A DNA stretch of 64,000 nt, taken from positions 14,497-78,496 of the forward strand of contig JAYPWI010000013.1 of the NCBI GenBank assembly GCA_038135065.1, read 5' to 3'. Below are positions 1 through 9,099 of the stretch, piece after piece (within the stretch, counting starts at the first letter, position 1; every line of letters starts with the position of its first letter). The stretch comes from Acidimicrobiales bacterium. Lineage in GTDB: Bacteria; Actinomycetota; Acidimicrobiia; Acidimicrobiales; Poriferisodalaceae. The notes below the pieces were generated by a model. It was not told the origin of the DNA. It did no database searches and was given only the letters and a program-made list of their open reading frames with translations. A program made the translations under genes and the position numbers.

Positions 1-188
1 TCGACTTCGACGCCCTCACCCTGCGGGCACCCGAGATGACCTACGACCTCCCGGCCGGGGGCAAGCGGCTCGTGCAGCGAGCCGAGGGCTACCGGGCCAC
101 CCTCAAGCGCGGAGAGATCATCTACCGCGACGGTGAACCGACCGGGGTCATGCCGGGCCAACTCATCCGCGGGCCGCAGCGAGTCTGA
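1..188 (+). CDS. C-terminal fragment of an amidohydrolase (D-aminoacylase / N-acyl-D-amino-acid deacylase-like); 5' end lies outside the window
   Basis: Frame 3 is open from the window edge to TGA at 186-188. My translation, ...DLPAGGKRLVQRAEGYRATLKRGEIIYRDGEPTGVMPGQLIRGPQRV*, resembles the C-terminal tail of D-aminoacylase-family amidohydrolases. Recognition is by eye only. Confidence 0.4.
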   Translation, partial: DFDALTLRAPEMTYDLPAGGKRLVQRAEGYRATLKRGEIIYRDGEPTGVMPGQLIRGPQRV

Positions 189-196
189 TTGCCCCG

Positions 197-1852
197 CTAG
201 CGGGTCAGCCAGCCGTGGGCCTGCGGTTTGCGGCCCGCCTTGGGGTCGAGCCGAGCGTGGACGATGGCCGGGCCGCCGAGGGCGGCCGCTGCGTCGAGGG
301 CTGACCGCAGGTCGGCCGGATCCTCGACGTAGAAGGCGCCGGCCCCGAAGGCTTCAGCGATCTTTTCGTAGCGCGCCGTTGGCAGGTACACGTTGGGCGG
401 AATGGCTCCCTCGACGGGGAGCTCGGAGATGCCACCACCGATGCCGTTGTTGTTCAGGATGACCACGATGACGGGAAGGTTGTACCGGCAGATGGTCTCC
501 ATCTCCATCCCGCTGAACCCGAATGCCGAGTCGCCCTGTACGACGACCACCCGCTGGCCCGGATTGCACACCGCGGCGGCCACTGCGAAGCCCAGACCGA
601 TTCCCATCGTTCCGTAGCTGCCTGCGTCGAGCCGGTGCCGGGGGAGGGCATTGGGCATCTGGGTGCGCCCGATGTCCATGGTGTTGGCCCCTTCACCGAC
701 GATGATGTCGGTCGGTTCGAGCCAGTCGGTGATGTCTCGGAAGGCACGGTAGTAGTTCATGGGCGCCGAATCGTCGGCCCGCATCCCGGCCACTGCGTCC
801 TCGTTCGCCGCGATCTTCTCCGCGATCGAGTCCCGCCATGGGCTCTGGGCGGGATAGGTCCACGGGTCGTCGGCCAACTCGGCGTTGAACTGGCCCATCA
901 CGGCTCGGCCGTCCCCGACCAGGGCCACCTCGGCCGGCACGTTGTGCCCCATCTGCTCGGGGTGGGAGTCCAGTTGGAGCACCTTGACCCCGGGGTTGAA
1001 CCGGGGGGTCTGGCCGAAGTGCATGATCCAGTTCAGGCGGGCGCCGGCCAGCAGGATGACGTCGGCTTCTTCGAGGGCGTGGGAGCGGGCCGCCCCCACC
1101 GACAGAGGGTGCTCGTCGGGAACCACACCCTTGCCCATGGGGGAGGCCAGGAAGGGCACTTGGGTCCGGTCGATGAACTGGCGGACCTCGTCTTCGGCTC
1201 GGGCCCAGGCCATGCCCTTGCCCACGATGACCAGGGGGCGCTCCGCAGTTTTGAGGGTGGCGATAGCCGAGCGCACGGCATCGGGTTCGGCGTGGGTGCG
1301 CGGGGGTTCGCCCACCGTGGAGGCCGTACCGATGGTCTCCTCGTCGACCTTGCCGTCGATGATGTCGGCCGGCATGTCGAGGTACACGGGACCTGGGCGC
1401 CCGAACAGTGAGGTTCGGATGGCTTGTTCGACGTAGTAGGGGATCCGGTCGTGGGACTCAACCCGATGGGCGTACTTGCAGTAGGGGGCTGCTGCTGCGA
1501 CCTGGTCCTCTTCCTGGAACGCGCCCTTGCCGTTCTGGTCGGTGGGCGAGGCGCCCCCGATCAGGATCATGGGCCACAGGTTCTCCTTGGCATTGGCCAA
1601 CCCGGCCAGGGCGTGGATCACCCCGGGGCCCGAGACGACAAGGCAGCCCTGGGGCCGCCCGGTCAGGTAACCGGCCGCCTGTGCGGCATAGCTGGCCGAC
1701 TGCTCGTTGCGCATCCCGATGAAGGTGATGCCCTCCCGCTGGCAGGCGAAGGCGATGGGCACCACGGGAAAGCCCACGATGCCGAAGACGTAGTCCACGC
1801 CCTGCTGTTTGAGGTTGCGGGCCAGGATGCGAGCCCCGGATATGTCAGCCAT
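197..1852 (-). CDS. ThDP-dependent 2-hydroxyacyl-CoA lyase / oxalyl-CoA decarboxylase family enzyme
   Basis: 551-aa ORF. The N-terminal block GVDYVFGIVGFPVVPIA...IGMRNEQSASYAAQAAGYLTGRPQGCLVVSGPGVIHALAGLANA parallels HACL1/Oxc. The C-terminal ThDP-Mg motif GDSAFGFSGMEMET...VVILNNNG is present. Confidence 0.9.
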   Translation of the reverse strand: MADISGARILARNLKQQGVDYVFGIVGFPVVPIAFACQREGITFIGMRNEQSASYAAQAAGYLTGRPQGCLVVSGPGVIHALAGLANAKENLWPMILIGGASPTDQNGKGAFQEEDQVAAAAPYCKYAHRVESHDRIPYYVEQAIRTSLFGRPGPVYLDMPADIIDGKVDEETIGTASTVGEPPRTHAEPDAVRSAIATLKTAERPLVIVGKGMAWARAEDEVRQFIDRTQVPFLASPMGKGVVPDEHPLSVGAARSHALEEADVILLAGARLNWIMHFGQTPRFNPGVKVLQLDSHPEQMGHNVPAEVALVGDGRAVMGQFNAELADDPWTYPAQSPWRDSIAEKIAANEDAVAGMRADDSAPMNYYRAFRDITDWLEPTDIIVGEGANTMDIGRTQMPNALPRHRLDAGSYGTMGIGLGFAVAAAVCNPGQRVVVVQGDSAFGFSGMEMETICRYNLPVIVVILNNNGIGGGISELPVEGAIPPNVYLPTARYEKIAEAFGAGAFYVEDPADLRSALDAAAALGGPAIVHARLDPKAGRKPQAHGWLTR

Positions 1853-1974
1853 GGATCCCCCTCGTCGCGGTGTCGTCCGCTCGTGCGACCCCCGGGAGGA
1901 TATTCGATCCCCGGAGCCTTGATCCGGAGTTCCTCACAACCGATAGTTGCCCAGCCGTCCGGAGGTTCTCATCC

Positions 1975-2718
1975 ATGCCGTCGTCCCGTCGTTTCCTGGT
2001 CACCCTGGTCTTCGCCCTGAGCGCAGTGCTTGCCGCATGTGGCGGGGGAGGTGACGGCGCCTCTGACGGAGGCGCATCGTCCGCTAGCTCGGACCTGCCG
2101 GCCGGGTGCGACAACGCAGCACCGCTCGAGGTCTCGGTGCCCGGGATCCCCGAGTTGTCGGGCCCGATGACGGTGGCCGGTGGGGTGGCGCTTCCCTTCG
2201 CATTGCTTCCCGACGTCGAAGGGAGCCTCATCGATCTGTCGGAGGGCGAGCTCGAGGACGCTGTTGCTGCATCGGATCTCGTTGCCTACGGCATTGCGGT
2301 GACCGACTTCCCCTTCGGTCCCGATGACGCTGGGTCGTTCTACAGCCTGTTCTCCATGCCGTCGCTGCCCGAGGAGGGAGGGACGGCGCTGATCCTCACC
2401 GTTCTTCCCCCCGATGGCGCCCTGGCGGCCGGTTCGGTGGTGGAGGTGGGAACCGAGCTGTCCTATGCGGAGGACCTGCAGACCACGGCGGTGTCGACGA
2501 GCGTCTGGATCGAGAGCAACCGGGCAGACGCTCCGTTGTTGGGTGGCATCGACGAGGACTTCACGGGCTCCGTCGAGGTGCTGGCGTTGACGGAGGACAC
2601 CATCTGTGTCCGGTGGTCGACCAGTAGCCCGATCCTGGCCGAGGACGGGTTCGTCACCGTCGAAGGTGTCGTCGCTGCACCCTTGCTGCCCCTGAACGCC
2701 CGCAACTCGATGGGTTGA
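1975..2718 (+). CDS. secreted lipoprotein, function unknown
   Basis: An internal ATG at 1975 gives MPSSRRFLVTLVFALSAVLAAC GGGGDG: a basic n-region, a hydrophobic core and a LAAC lipobox. The ORF portion upstream of 1975 has no signal-peptide logic. Confidence 0.7.
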   Translation: MPSSRRFLVTLVFALSAVLAACGGGGDGASDGGASSASSDLPAGCDNAAPLEVSVPGIPELSGPMTVAGGVALPFALLPDVEGSLIDLSEGELEDAVAASDLVAYGIAVTDFPFGPDDAGSFYSLFSMPSLPEEGGTALILTVLPPDGALAAGSVVEVGTELSYAEDLQTTAVSTSVWIESNRADAPLLGGIDEDFTGSVEVLALTEDTICVRWSTSSPILAEDGFVTVEGVVAAPLLPLNARNSMG

Positions 2719-2760
2719 GGCCCCGTCGGTCGGGTCCGGCGTCCGCTGCGCGCGTCCCGC

Positions 2761-3582
2761 CTAGGGGATCTCTCCCCGGTCGAATGCCTGCAGGGTGTGA
2801 TGCAGCCCGTGTTCCCGAATGTGGGCGTTGATGGCCCGGACTGCCGGTGATGCGTGGGCGATGGCGTCCACCTCGACCGCCTGCAGCATCGCCTCCCGAA
2901 AACCCTGGATCTCCTGGATGCGGTTGGCCGACTGCTTCTGGAGGGCCAGGATCTCCTTGGGGGTGCGGGCCACCCGTGCTGCGTAGTCGGCCACCACGGC
3001 ATCGAGCTCGTCAGCGGGCACGGCCCGGTTGAACAAGCCCCACTCGGCGGCCTCGGCCCCACTGATCATCTCGCCGGTGGGGAAGAAGAGTTCCTTCGCC
3101 TTCTTCGGCCCGACCAGCCAGGTCCAGATGGACGCCACATAGCCCGCTCCGAGGGGCAGCTGAGGGGTACCGACCCGGGTGTTCTCGGCCACGAACGACA
3201 CATCGCAGATCGCGGCCAGCTGGGTACCGCCGGCCAGGCAATAGCCATGGATCTTGGCGATGACCGGCATGGGGAGATCCCAGATACGCAGCCAGTTCCG
3301 CATGATGCGTTCGAGGCCGGCCCGGTCGCCAGTCACCCCACCCCCACCAGTTCCCCCTGCCGTGATGTCGTAGCCGGTGGAGAAGGCGCGGCCTTCGCCT
3401 TGGACGATGGCGCAGTGGATGGCGGGGTCGCCGGCCAGTGCTTCCAAGCTGGTCACGAGGTCGTGCTGGAGTTGCGCCGAGATGGCGTTCATCTTCTCGG
3501 GCCGGTGCAGGACCACCGTGGCCACCCGACCGTCGGTGGTGACCTTGACGGTGGACGCCGGTTCCTCGGCGGCAGTGTTCAT
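2761..3582 (-). CDS. enoyl-CoA hydratase/isomerase (crotonase) family protein
   Basis: 273 aa. Crotonase pattern VVLHRPEKMNAIS...QGEGRAFSTGYDI...KIHGYCLAGG. The purine-rich stretch GAGGGGGAAG lies just upstream of the ATG. Confidence 0.9.
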   Translation of the reverse strand: MNTAAEEPASTVKVTTDGRVATVVLHRPEKMNAISAQLQHDLVTSLEALAGDPAIHCAIVQGEGRAFSTGYDITAGGTGGGGVTGDRAGLERIMRNWLRIWDLPMPVIAKIHGYCLAGGTQLAAICDVSFVAENTRVGTPQLPLGAGYVASIWTWLVGPKKAKELFFPTGEMISGAEAAEWGLFNRAVPADELDAVVADYAARVARTPKEILALQKQSANRIQEIQGFREAMLQAVEVDAIAHASPAVRAINAHIREHGLHHTLQAFDRGEIP

Positions 3583-3654
3583 GACTTCCCCCTCGCGGTG
3601 GCGACGCTAGTGCCCGGCGCTACCGTCAGCAGGGTGGAACACGAGCCCGACGGC

Positions 3655-5046
3655 ATGCGGCGCATCTTCGCCAACCGCACCCTGAACCTGAGATCGGTGC
3701 AGGCCATCGGCTACGACATGGACTACACCCTGATCCACTATCGGGTCGAAGAGTGGGAGCGCGCGGCCTTCGACCATGCCCGGCGCCGCTTGGCAGACCG
3801 AGGCTGGCCGGTCGATGGGCTGGTGTTCGATGCCGACGCGTTCACCCTCGGGCTGGTGTTCGACCTCGAACTGGGCAACCTGGTCAAGGCGACCCGCTTC
3901 GGTTACGTCGTGCACGCCCATCACGGTTCCACCCCGCTTACCTTCGATGAGATGCGCGCCGACTACGCGGAAACCGTTGTCGAACTCTCCACGGACCGCT
4001 TCGACTTCATGAACACCATGTTCGAGCTGAGCCGGGCCGCCCTGTTCGCCCAGTGCGTCGATCTCCTCGACGCGGCACGGCTCCCCGCTGTGCGCTCGTA
4101 CCAGGACCTCTACCGCCAGATCGACGAGGCCCTGGGCTGGGCCCATGTGGAGGGCGAACTCAAGGCGGAGATCCTCGCTGACCCTGCTCGCTTCGTCGAA
4201 CCCGATCCCGATCTGGTGCCCACCCTGGTCGACCAACGTCTCGCCGGCCGGCAGCTGATGTTGATCACCAATTCGGACTGGTCGTACACCCAGCGGATCA
4301 TGGGCACGGTGGTGCAGCCCATGTGTCCTCCCGGCACCGAGTGGCGCGATCTGTTCGACCTGGTGATCGTGTCCGCCGACAAGCCCCGCTTCTTCTCCGA
4401 GCCCAAGGCCCTGTACCGGGTAGTGGACGAGGAGGAGTCACTTCTGTTGCCCCACCACGGTCCGCTCGAATCGGGCTCCGTCTACTTCGGTGGCAACGCC
4501 CGAGCCGTCGAGCAGAGCCTGGGACTTTCCAGCGCCCAGATCCTCTACGTCGGGGATCACCTCTTCGGCGATGTTCATGTGTCCAAGGACCTGCTGCGGT
4601 GGCGTACTGCCCTGGTGGTGCGGGAGTTGGAGGGGGAGATCGAAGCGGCTGCTGACTTCGCAGCAGACCAGGACGCGCTGACCGAGTTGATGCGGGACAA
4701 GGAGCGTCTCGATCACGACAGCGCCCTGTTGCGCATGGAGCGCACCCGCATCCGGCGAACGGGAGCCGGTGGCTCGGTCGAGTCGGTGAGCAAGCGACTC
4801 GATGGTCTGAGTGCGCAGTCGAGGGCTCTCGACGAACAGATTGCGCCGCTGGCCCGGCGGGCCAGCTCGCTGGGCAACCCGATCTGGGGGCCGCTGATGC
4901 GGGCTGGGAACGACAAGAGCCTCTTCGCCCGGCAGGTCGAGCGGTATGCCGATGTCTACATGTCGCGGGTGTCGAACCTGGGCCGGGTCACTCCCTACGC
5001 CTACCTGCGAGCCGCCCGCGGATCGCTGCCTCACGACCAGGGGTGA
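3655..5046 (+). CDS. HAD-superfamily 5'-nucleotidase, cytosolic purine 5'-nucleotidase (cN-II, PF05761-like) type
   Basis: MRRIFANRTLNLRSVQAIGYDMDYTLIHY carries the DxDxT motif in the cN-II context. Later motifs are LITNSDWSY and YVGDHLFGDV. The start is ATG 3655 (alternative in-frame GTG 3634). The upstream part of the 730-aa ORF is a shadow of the opposite-strand crotonase gene. Confidence 0.85.
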   Translation: MRRIFANRTLNLRSVQAIGYDMDYTLIHYRVEEWERAAFDHARRRLADRGWPVDGLVFDADAFTLGLVFDLELGNLVKATRFGYVVHAHHGSTPLTFDEMRADYAETVVELSTDRFDFMNTMFELSRAALFAQCVDLLDAARLPAVRSYQDLYRQIDEALGWAHVEGELKAEILADPARFVEPDPDLVPTLVDQRLAGRQLMLITNSDWSYTQRIMGTVVQPMCPPGTEWRDLFDLVIVSADKPRFFSEPKALYRVVDEEESLLLPHHGPLESGSVYFGGNARAVEQSLGLSSAQILYVGDHLFGDVHVSKDLLRWRTALVVRELEGEIEAAADFAADQDALTELMRDKERLDHDSALLRMERTRIRRTGAGGSVESVSKRLDGLSAQSRALDEQIAPLARRASSLGNPIWGPLMRAGNDKSLFARQVERYADVYMSRVSNLGRVTPYAYLRAARGSLPHDQG

Positions 5047-5064
5047 TGATCATCGGCTGACGGG

Positions 5065-5523
5065 CTACTGACCAGGAGTGCGGTGGAACTCGATGAGTTC
5101 GATGATGGTGCCGTCGGGGTCCTTGCAGCACACGAACTTGGTGTGCCCGCCCATGAACAGCGGCTCGGAGAGGAACTCCACCCCGTCGCTCCGCAGGCGT
5201 TCGTACTCCTCGTCCAGCCCGATGGTCCACAGGGCGATCCGGTTGATGCCGAGGCGGGCCAGGTGCTCGTACGGGGGCCGGGGATCGAGCGGCTCCACCC
5301 ACTCGATGAGGTCGAGGCGGGCCTGACGGGTCTCGGTCGGGTCGAGCATCATGATGGCCGCCCGGCCCTGACAGCCGGGCATCCCCAGCCCTTCGGCCAG
5401 CTTCGCGTCGCCGCCGGTCGGGAGGTCGAGCACGGTCTGGAAGCCGAGGTTCTCGTAGAAGGGGCGGGACACATCGAGATCGGAGCAGTTGACGTTGACG
5501 TGGAAGATGGCCTTGATCGTCAT
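5065..5523 (-). CDS. VOC (glyoxalase/bleomycin-resistance/dioxygenase) family protein
   Basis: MTIKAIFHVNVNCSDLDVSRPFYENLGF...DPDGTIIELIEF is a typical VOC fold signature. The start at 5523 lies 1 nt from the upstream stop at 5525-5527. Confidence 0.85.
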   Translation of the reverse strand: MTIKAIFHVNVNCSDLDVSRPFYENLGFQTVLDLPTGGDAKLAEGLGMPGCQGRAAIMMLDPTETRQARLDLIEWVEPLDPRPPYEHLARLGINRIALWTIGLDEEYERLRSDGVEFLSEPLFMGGHTKFVCCKDPDGTIIELIEFHRTPGQ

Positions 5524-5524
5524 C

Positions 5525-6547
5525 TCAGCCCTCCAGGGTGGGGATGCGGTACGCAGTAGCCGCTGTGTCGTGGAACAGCCATCGCTTCTCATCAGCGCTG
5601 TAGTCCGCAGCGATGCGCTTGAACGCATTCCACAGGGCGACGTAGCCGGCCCCCCGCTTGTCGACGGGGAAGTTGGACTCGAACATGCACCGCTGCGGCC
5701 CGAAGGCATCGATCACCCATCTGATGGGATCAGCCCACGCCTCCACCAACTGGTCGGAGGTTGCGGGCTGGTCCTGGTGATCCCAACGGAAGCCCATCAT
5801 GGGCATGCCGATGCCGCCGACCTTCAGGTACGTGTTGGGGCAGGCGGCCAGGGCGGCCATGGCGCCACGCCAGAACGCCAGGATCTCGTCGCGGCGGTCC
5901 TTGTAGGGGCCCGTACCCAGCACCCCTCCCAGGTGGTCGATCACGATCGGGGTGTCGGGGCACTCTTGGGCAACGCCGACCAGTTCGGGAAGTTGAGGGT
6001 GGTACACCATCGCGTCGTAGGTGAAACCCATGCGGCCCACCGTCCGTACCCCTTCGAGGTAGGCGGGGTCGTCCATGGCAGCGCTGGTCCCCATCGCCAG
6101 GGGTGGGTGGGGGTCCTGGGCGGTGATGTAGCGAACGCCCCGGAATCGGCCCCGCCCCGCCTCGTCATGGGCGGCCAGGACTTCCTCGACCGCGGCACCG
6201 AGTGACACGTCGGCGTTGCCCATGATGGCTGCGATCTCCGCTCCGCCCGAGGCGGCCGACTGTTCGGCGAGCTCGACGACGAACTCGGTTTCCCCCACCG
6301 GGCGGAGGTGGCGCGGGCCCTCGGTCCGGTATTCGGCATGGCACTCGAGGAACACGGTGCGCACCACCCGGTGGCCCGCCCCGGTGTCGCGGTGCAGATC
6401 GTCGAGGGTGTACGGCCAGCCGGTGTGACCCTCGTCGAGCCACAGATGGTGGTGTGGATCACAGATCGGCAGGTCTGGATCGATCGGATCCTCGGCCACC
6501 TTGTCGATCCATGCCTGATGGGCGGCGCCTGCGTCCTGGTCGCTCAT
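5525..6547 (-). CDS. amidohydrolase-2 (PF04909-like) family metal-dependent hydrolase
   Basis: From the internal ATG: MSDQDAG...ICDPHHHLW...VIDHLGG...FESNFPVD...LFHDTAATAYRI. The HxH and D motifs are typical of the ACMSD/amidohydrolase-2 family. Confidence 0.8.
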   Translation of the reverse strand: MSDQDAGAAHQAWIDKVAEDPIDPDLPICDPHHHLWLDEGHTGWPYTLDDLHRDTGAGHRVVRTVFLECHAEYRTEGPRHLRPVGETEFVVELAEQSAASGGAEIAAIMGNADVSLGAAVEEVLAAHDEAGRGRFRGVRYITAQDPHPPLAMGTSAAMDDPAYLEGVRTVGRMGFTYDAMVYHPQLPELVGVAQECPDTPIVIDHLGGVLGTGPYKDRRDEILAFWRGAMAALAACPNTYLKVGGIGMPMMGFRWDHQDQPATSDQLVEAWADPIRWVIDAFGPQRCMFESNFPVDKRGAGYVALWNAFKRIAADYSADEKRWLFHDTAATAYRIPTLEG

Positions 6548-6623
6548 TGGTCCCCCTGGGTCGTCCCGAGGGGCAGTCTTGCACCGGACCAGCCCCGCCG
6601 TCGGCGAATCAGCTGGAACGGGG

Positions 6624-7508
6624 TCAGCGTGGCGGTCGAGGAACCAGGAGCGGTGTGCGATCCCGGTACGCCTGGTACGCGGCTTCCTCCCCCCAACGCC
6701 GATTGGCCGAACGTTCGAGCAGGGGGATGCCGCTGATCCGGGTGAGCAGCACCGTGACGAATACCGGCGAGACCAGGGCCACCCAGCGCCATCCCGACAG
6801 GGTCGGCACCGCGATGATGGTGACACCGATCCACAGGACGATCTCGCCGAAGTAGTTGGGGTGGCGGCTCCACGCCCACAACCCGGTGGTGATGTACCGG
6901 CCCTTGTTGTCCGGGTGGGACCGGAAGACCGACTTCTGCCGGTCGGCCACCGCCTCGAAGCCGAAGCCGGCGACCCAGACGACGGCCCCGACCACGGCCC
7001 AGGCGTCGATGTCTGCCACGGTGCCGGAGGATCCCAGGGCGACCGTGCCGGCGGCCAGGGTCAGGACCACCCACAGGGCCTGGGTGGTCCACCACCCGAG
7101 AAAGGCGAGGGGGTCGTGGACCACCGAGGTGAAGCGCCGGTCGCCTCCGGCCTTGCGAACCCGGCCGAAGAGGAAGGACCCCAGGCGAAGGGTCCAGACC
7201 CCGACCAGCAGGGCGACCAGCCATGCTCGGGGCCCCGGTGAAGGGTTCACGACGAGGGCGACCACGACGACGGCCAGGTAGGACACGGTTCCGGTGAGGT
7301 CGTAGAAGTGCTCGGTGTGGCGGAGCCACGAGGGAACGAATGCCAACCAGTTCACCGCCAGGGCGATGCCGGCAACCCACCAGGCCAGGGGCAGGCCTCC
7401 GCTGGTCGGGCCGTCGACGGCAATGGCTGCGGTGACGAGGGCGCCGACCAGCACGGGAACGCCGATGCGTACGAGGGCACTGGCCGGTGATACCCGAGAC
7501 TGGCTCAT
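6624..7508 (-). CDS. DUF1295 / steroid 5-alpha-reductase-like integral membrane protein
   Basis: 294 aa and multi-TM. The C-terminal signature is GLWAWSRHPNYFGEIVLWIG...ISGIPLLE. Confidence 0.8.
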   Translation of the reverse strand: MSQSRVSPASALVRIGVPVLVGALVTAAIAVDGPTSGGLPLAWWVAGIALAVNWLAFVPSWLRHTEHFYDLTGTVSYLAVVVVALVVNPSPGPRAWLVALLVGVWTLRLGSFLFGRVRKAGGDRRFTSVVHDPLAFLGWWTTQALWVVLTLAAGTVALGSSGTVADIDAWAVVGAVVWVAGFGFEAVADRQKSVFRSHPDNKGRYITTGLWAWSRHPNYFGEIVLWIGVTIIAVPTLSGWRWVALVSPVFVTVLLTRISGIPLLERSANRRWGEEAAYQAYRDRTPLLVPRPPR

Positions 7509-7583
7509 TGGGGCTCCACTGTGACTTGGGGCGAGTGGTGTCGGACCCTGATGCTACTCATCGAGTACGGCAGCCCGGCCCGG

Positions 7584-7964
7584 TCAACGCAGTCGCTTCG
7601 CAAAGCTCAGATCGTGACCCGAGGGATCGAAGATCGGGAACATGCGCTCGCCCCACGGGGCGTCCCTCGGCGGGGCCGTCGGGGTCAGGCCACCGGCGAC
7701 GGCCCGGGCATGGAGGGCATCGACGTCGTCCACGTGGAAGATGACCCTCCCCCACGAGGCCGAACTCGGAGGAGCCTCGTCGACCGATGTGAGGTTCACG
7801 AAGCAGTCCCCCGACGCGAGCGTCGTGAAGGGGGCCGCAGGGCCGCCGTAGGTCACTTCGAAGCCCAACACTTCGTAGAACCTGACCGATTCGCCCATGT
7901 CGATGGTGGCCAGGGTGATGGCGTTGATGGTCCGCACGCCCGTCATGGTTCGATTCTGGCTCAT
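7584..7964 (-). CDS. VOC/glyoxalase family protein
   Basis: 126 aa. INAITLATIDMGESVRFYEVLGFEV...IFDPSGHDLSF. Confidence 0.8.
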   Translation of the reverse strand: MSQNRTMTGVRTINAITLATIDMGESVRFYEVLGFEVTYGGPAAPFTTLASGDCFVNLTSVDEAPPSSASWGRVIFHVDDVDALHARAVAGGLTPTAPPRDAPWGERMFPIFDPSGHDLSFAKRLR

Positions 7965-7991
7965 GGGAGCAGGGGAGGAGGCCTATCGTCC

Positions 7992-9095
7992 GTGAGCGTG
8001 ATCTCCGACCGCGTGGCTGGCCTCACCACCGACCGATCCAGGGTGTCGGCAGCCGTGCTGCTGTTGGTCGTCACCGTTGCGGTTGCCGTGGTCGCCGGGG
8101 GCGTCCCTCTCACCCTCGGTCTGGGTGTGGTGGCCGGGGCAATTGCCATTGCCCTGCCTCCTGCCGCCCGGCGGTACCTGGCCCGCCGCATCATCGGCAT
8201 CGCCGGTTCTCTCCTCATCGCCATGTGGCTGGTGTGGCTCCTCGCTCACAACCTGCCCGACCGGTCTCGCCAGGACGCAACGGGCGTGGTCGCCTCGACG
8301 AAGCGGTTCGTCGCCTGGTTGGGTGATCTGGTCGGGGGCGACCTGGGCCGAGCTCAGTACAGCGAGAGCGTCTGGGAGGGGATCTCCCGCACCCTTCCCC
8401 TGTCGCTGCAGCTGCTGCTGTACAGCCAGGTCCTGGCCTTCGCCATCGCGGTACCCGGTGCTCTGGTCGCGGCGCGCTACCGGGGTCGGCTGAGTGACAT
8501 CGGCATCCGTACCATCGGATTGCTGGGCCTAGCAGCGCCCATCATCATCGTCGGCCCCATCCTCGTGTTCACCCTCGCAGTCGGCGAGCTCGGTCTGTTC
8601 GGTATCGAGGTCGGATGGAAGATCCTGCCCGCCGGCCGGTACGTGCCCGTCGGGGACGGGGTGTGGGAGCACGCAAGATCGATGTTCCTGCCATCGGTGA
8701 CCCTTGCCGTCACCACTCTCGCCACCTACCTGGTCCTGCTCCGCACGGAGATCATCCACCAACTGCAGCAGGATCATGCCCTCCTTGCCCTGGCCAAGGG
8801 AATCGGGCCCCGCCACCTGGTGCGACGGCACGGCCTGCGCCCCGCCATGCCAGCCGTCGTCGCCCTCAGCGCCGCCCAGACAGGGGCCATCATCGGCAAC
8901 ATGATCCTGGTGGAGCGGATCTTCACCCTCCCCGGATTCGGTGACTACGTGGTGGTGGCCATCGGCCGCCGGGACATCGTTGCGGTGGCCGGTGCCATCT
9001 TCGTGGCGGCGCTGGTTGTCGCCGTCATCAACGTGGTCGCCGAGGCCGTCTTGCTGGTGGTCGACCCCCGCATCGCAGACCGGGAGAACCAGTAG
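7992..9095 (+). CDS. ABC transporter permease (DppB/OppB-type binding-protein-dependent inner-membrane component) with an extra N-terminal TM segment
   Basis: [26 protein letters not shown]...[22 protein letters not shown] (EAA-loop-like)...[13 protein letters not shown]. The start is assigned to GTG 7992 or 7998. Upstream ORF sequence overlaps the opposite-strand VOC gene. Confidence 0.75.
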   Translation: MSVISDRVAGLTTDRSRVSAAVLLLVVTVAVAVVAGGVPLTLGLGVVAGAIAIALPPAARRYLARRIIGIAGSLLIAMWLVWLLAHNLPDRSRQDATGVVASTKRFVAWLGDLVGGDLGRAQYSESVWEGISRTLPLSLQLLLYSQVLAFAIAVPGALVAARYRGRLSDIGIRTIGLLGLAAPIIIVGPILVFTLAVGELGLFGIEVGWKILPAGRYVPVGDGVWEHARSMFLPSVTLAVTTLATYLVLLRTEIIHQLQQDHALLALAKGIGPRHLVRRHGLRPAMPAVVALSAAQTGAIIGNMILVERIFTLPGFGDYVVVAIGRRDIVAVAGAIFVAALVVAVINVVAEAVLLVVDPRIADRENQ

Positions 9096-9099
9096 CGTC

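Noticed and set aside
2854-3654. The first ~267 codons of the 730-aa + strand ORF
   Set aside because: They overlap the well-supported minus-strand crotonase gene. The translation is Gly/Arg/His/Pro-rich with no family resemblance. The recognisable 5'-nucleotidase sequence begins only at the internal ATG 3655. This is a typical high-GC shadow ORF.
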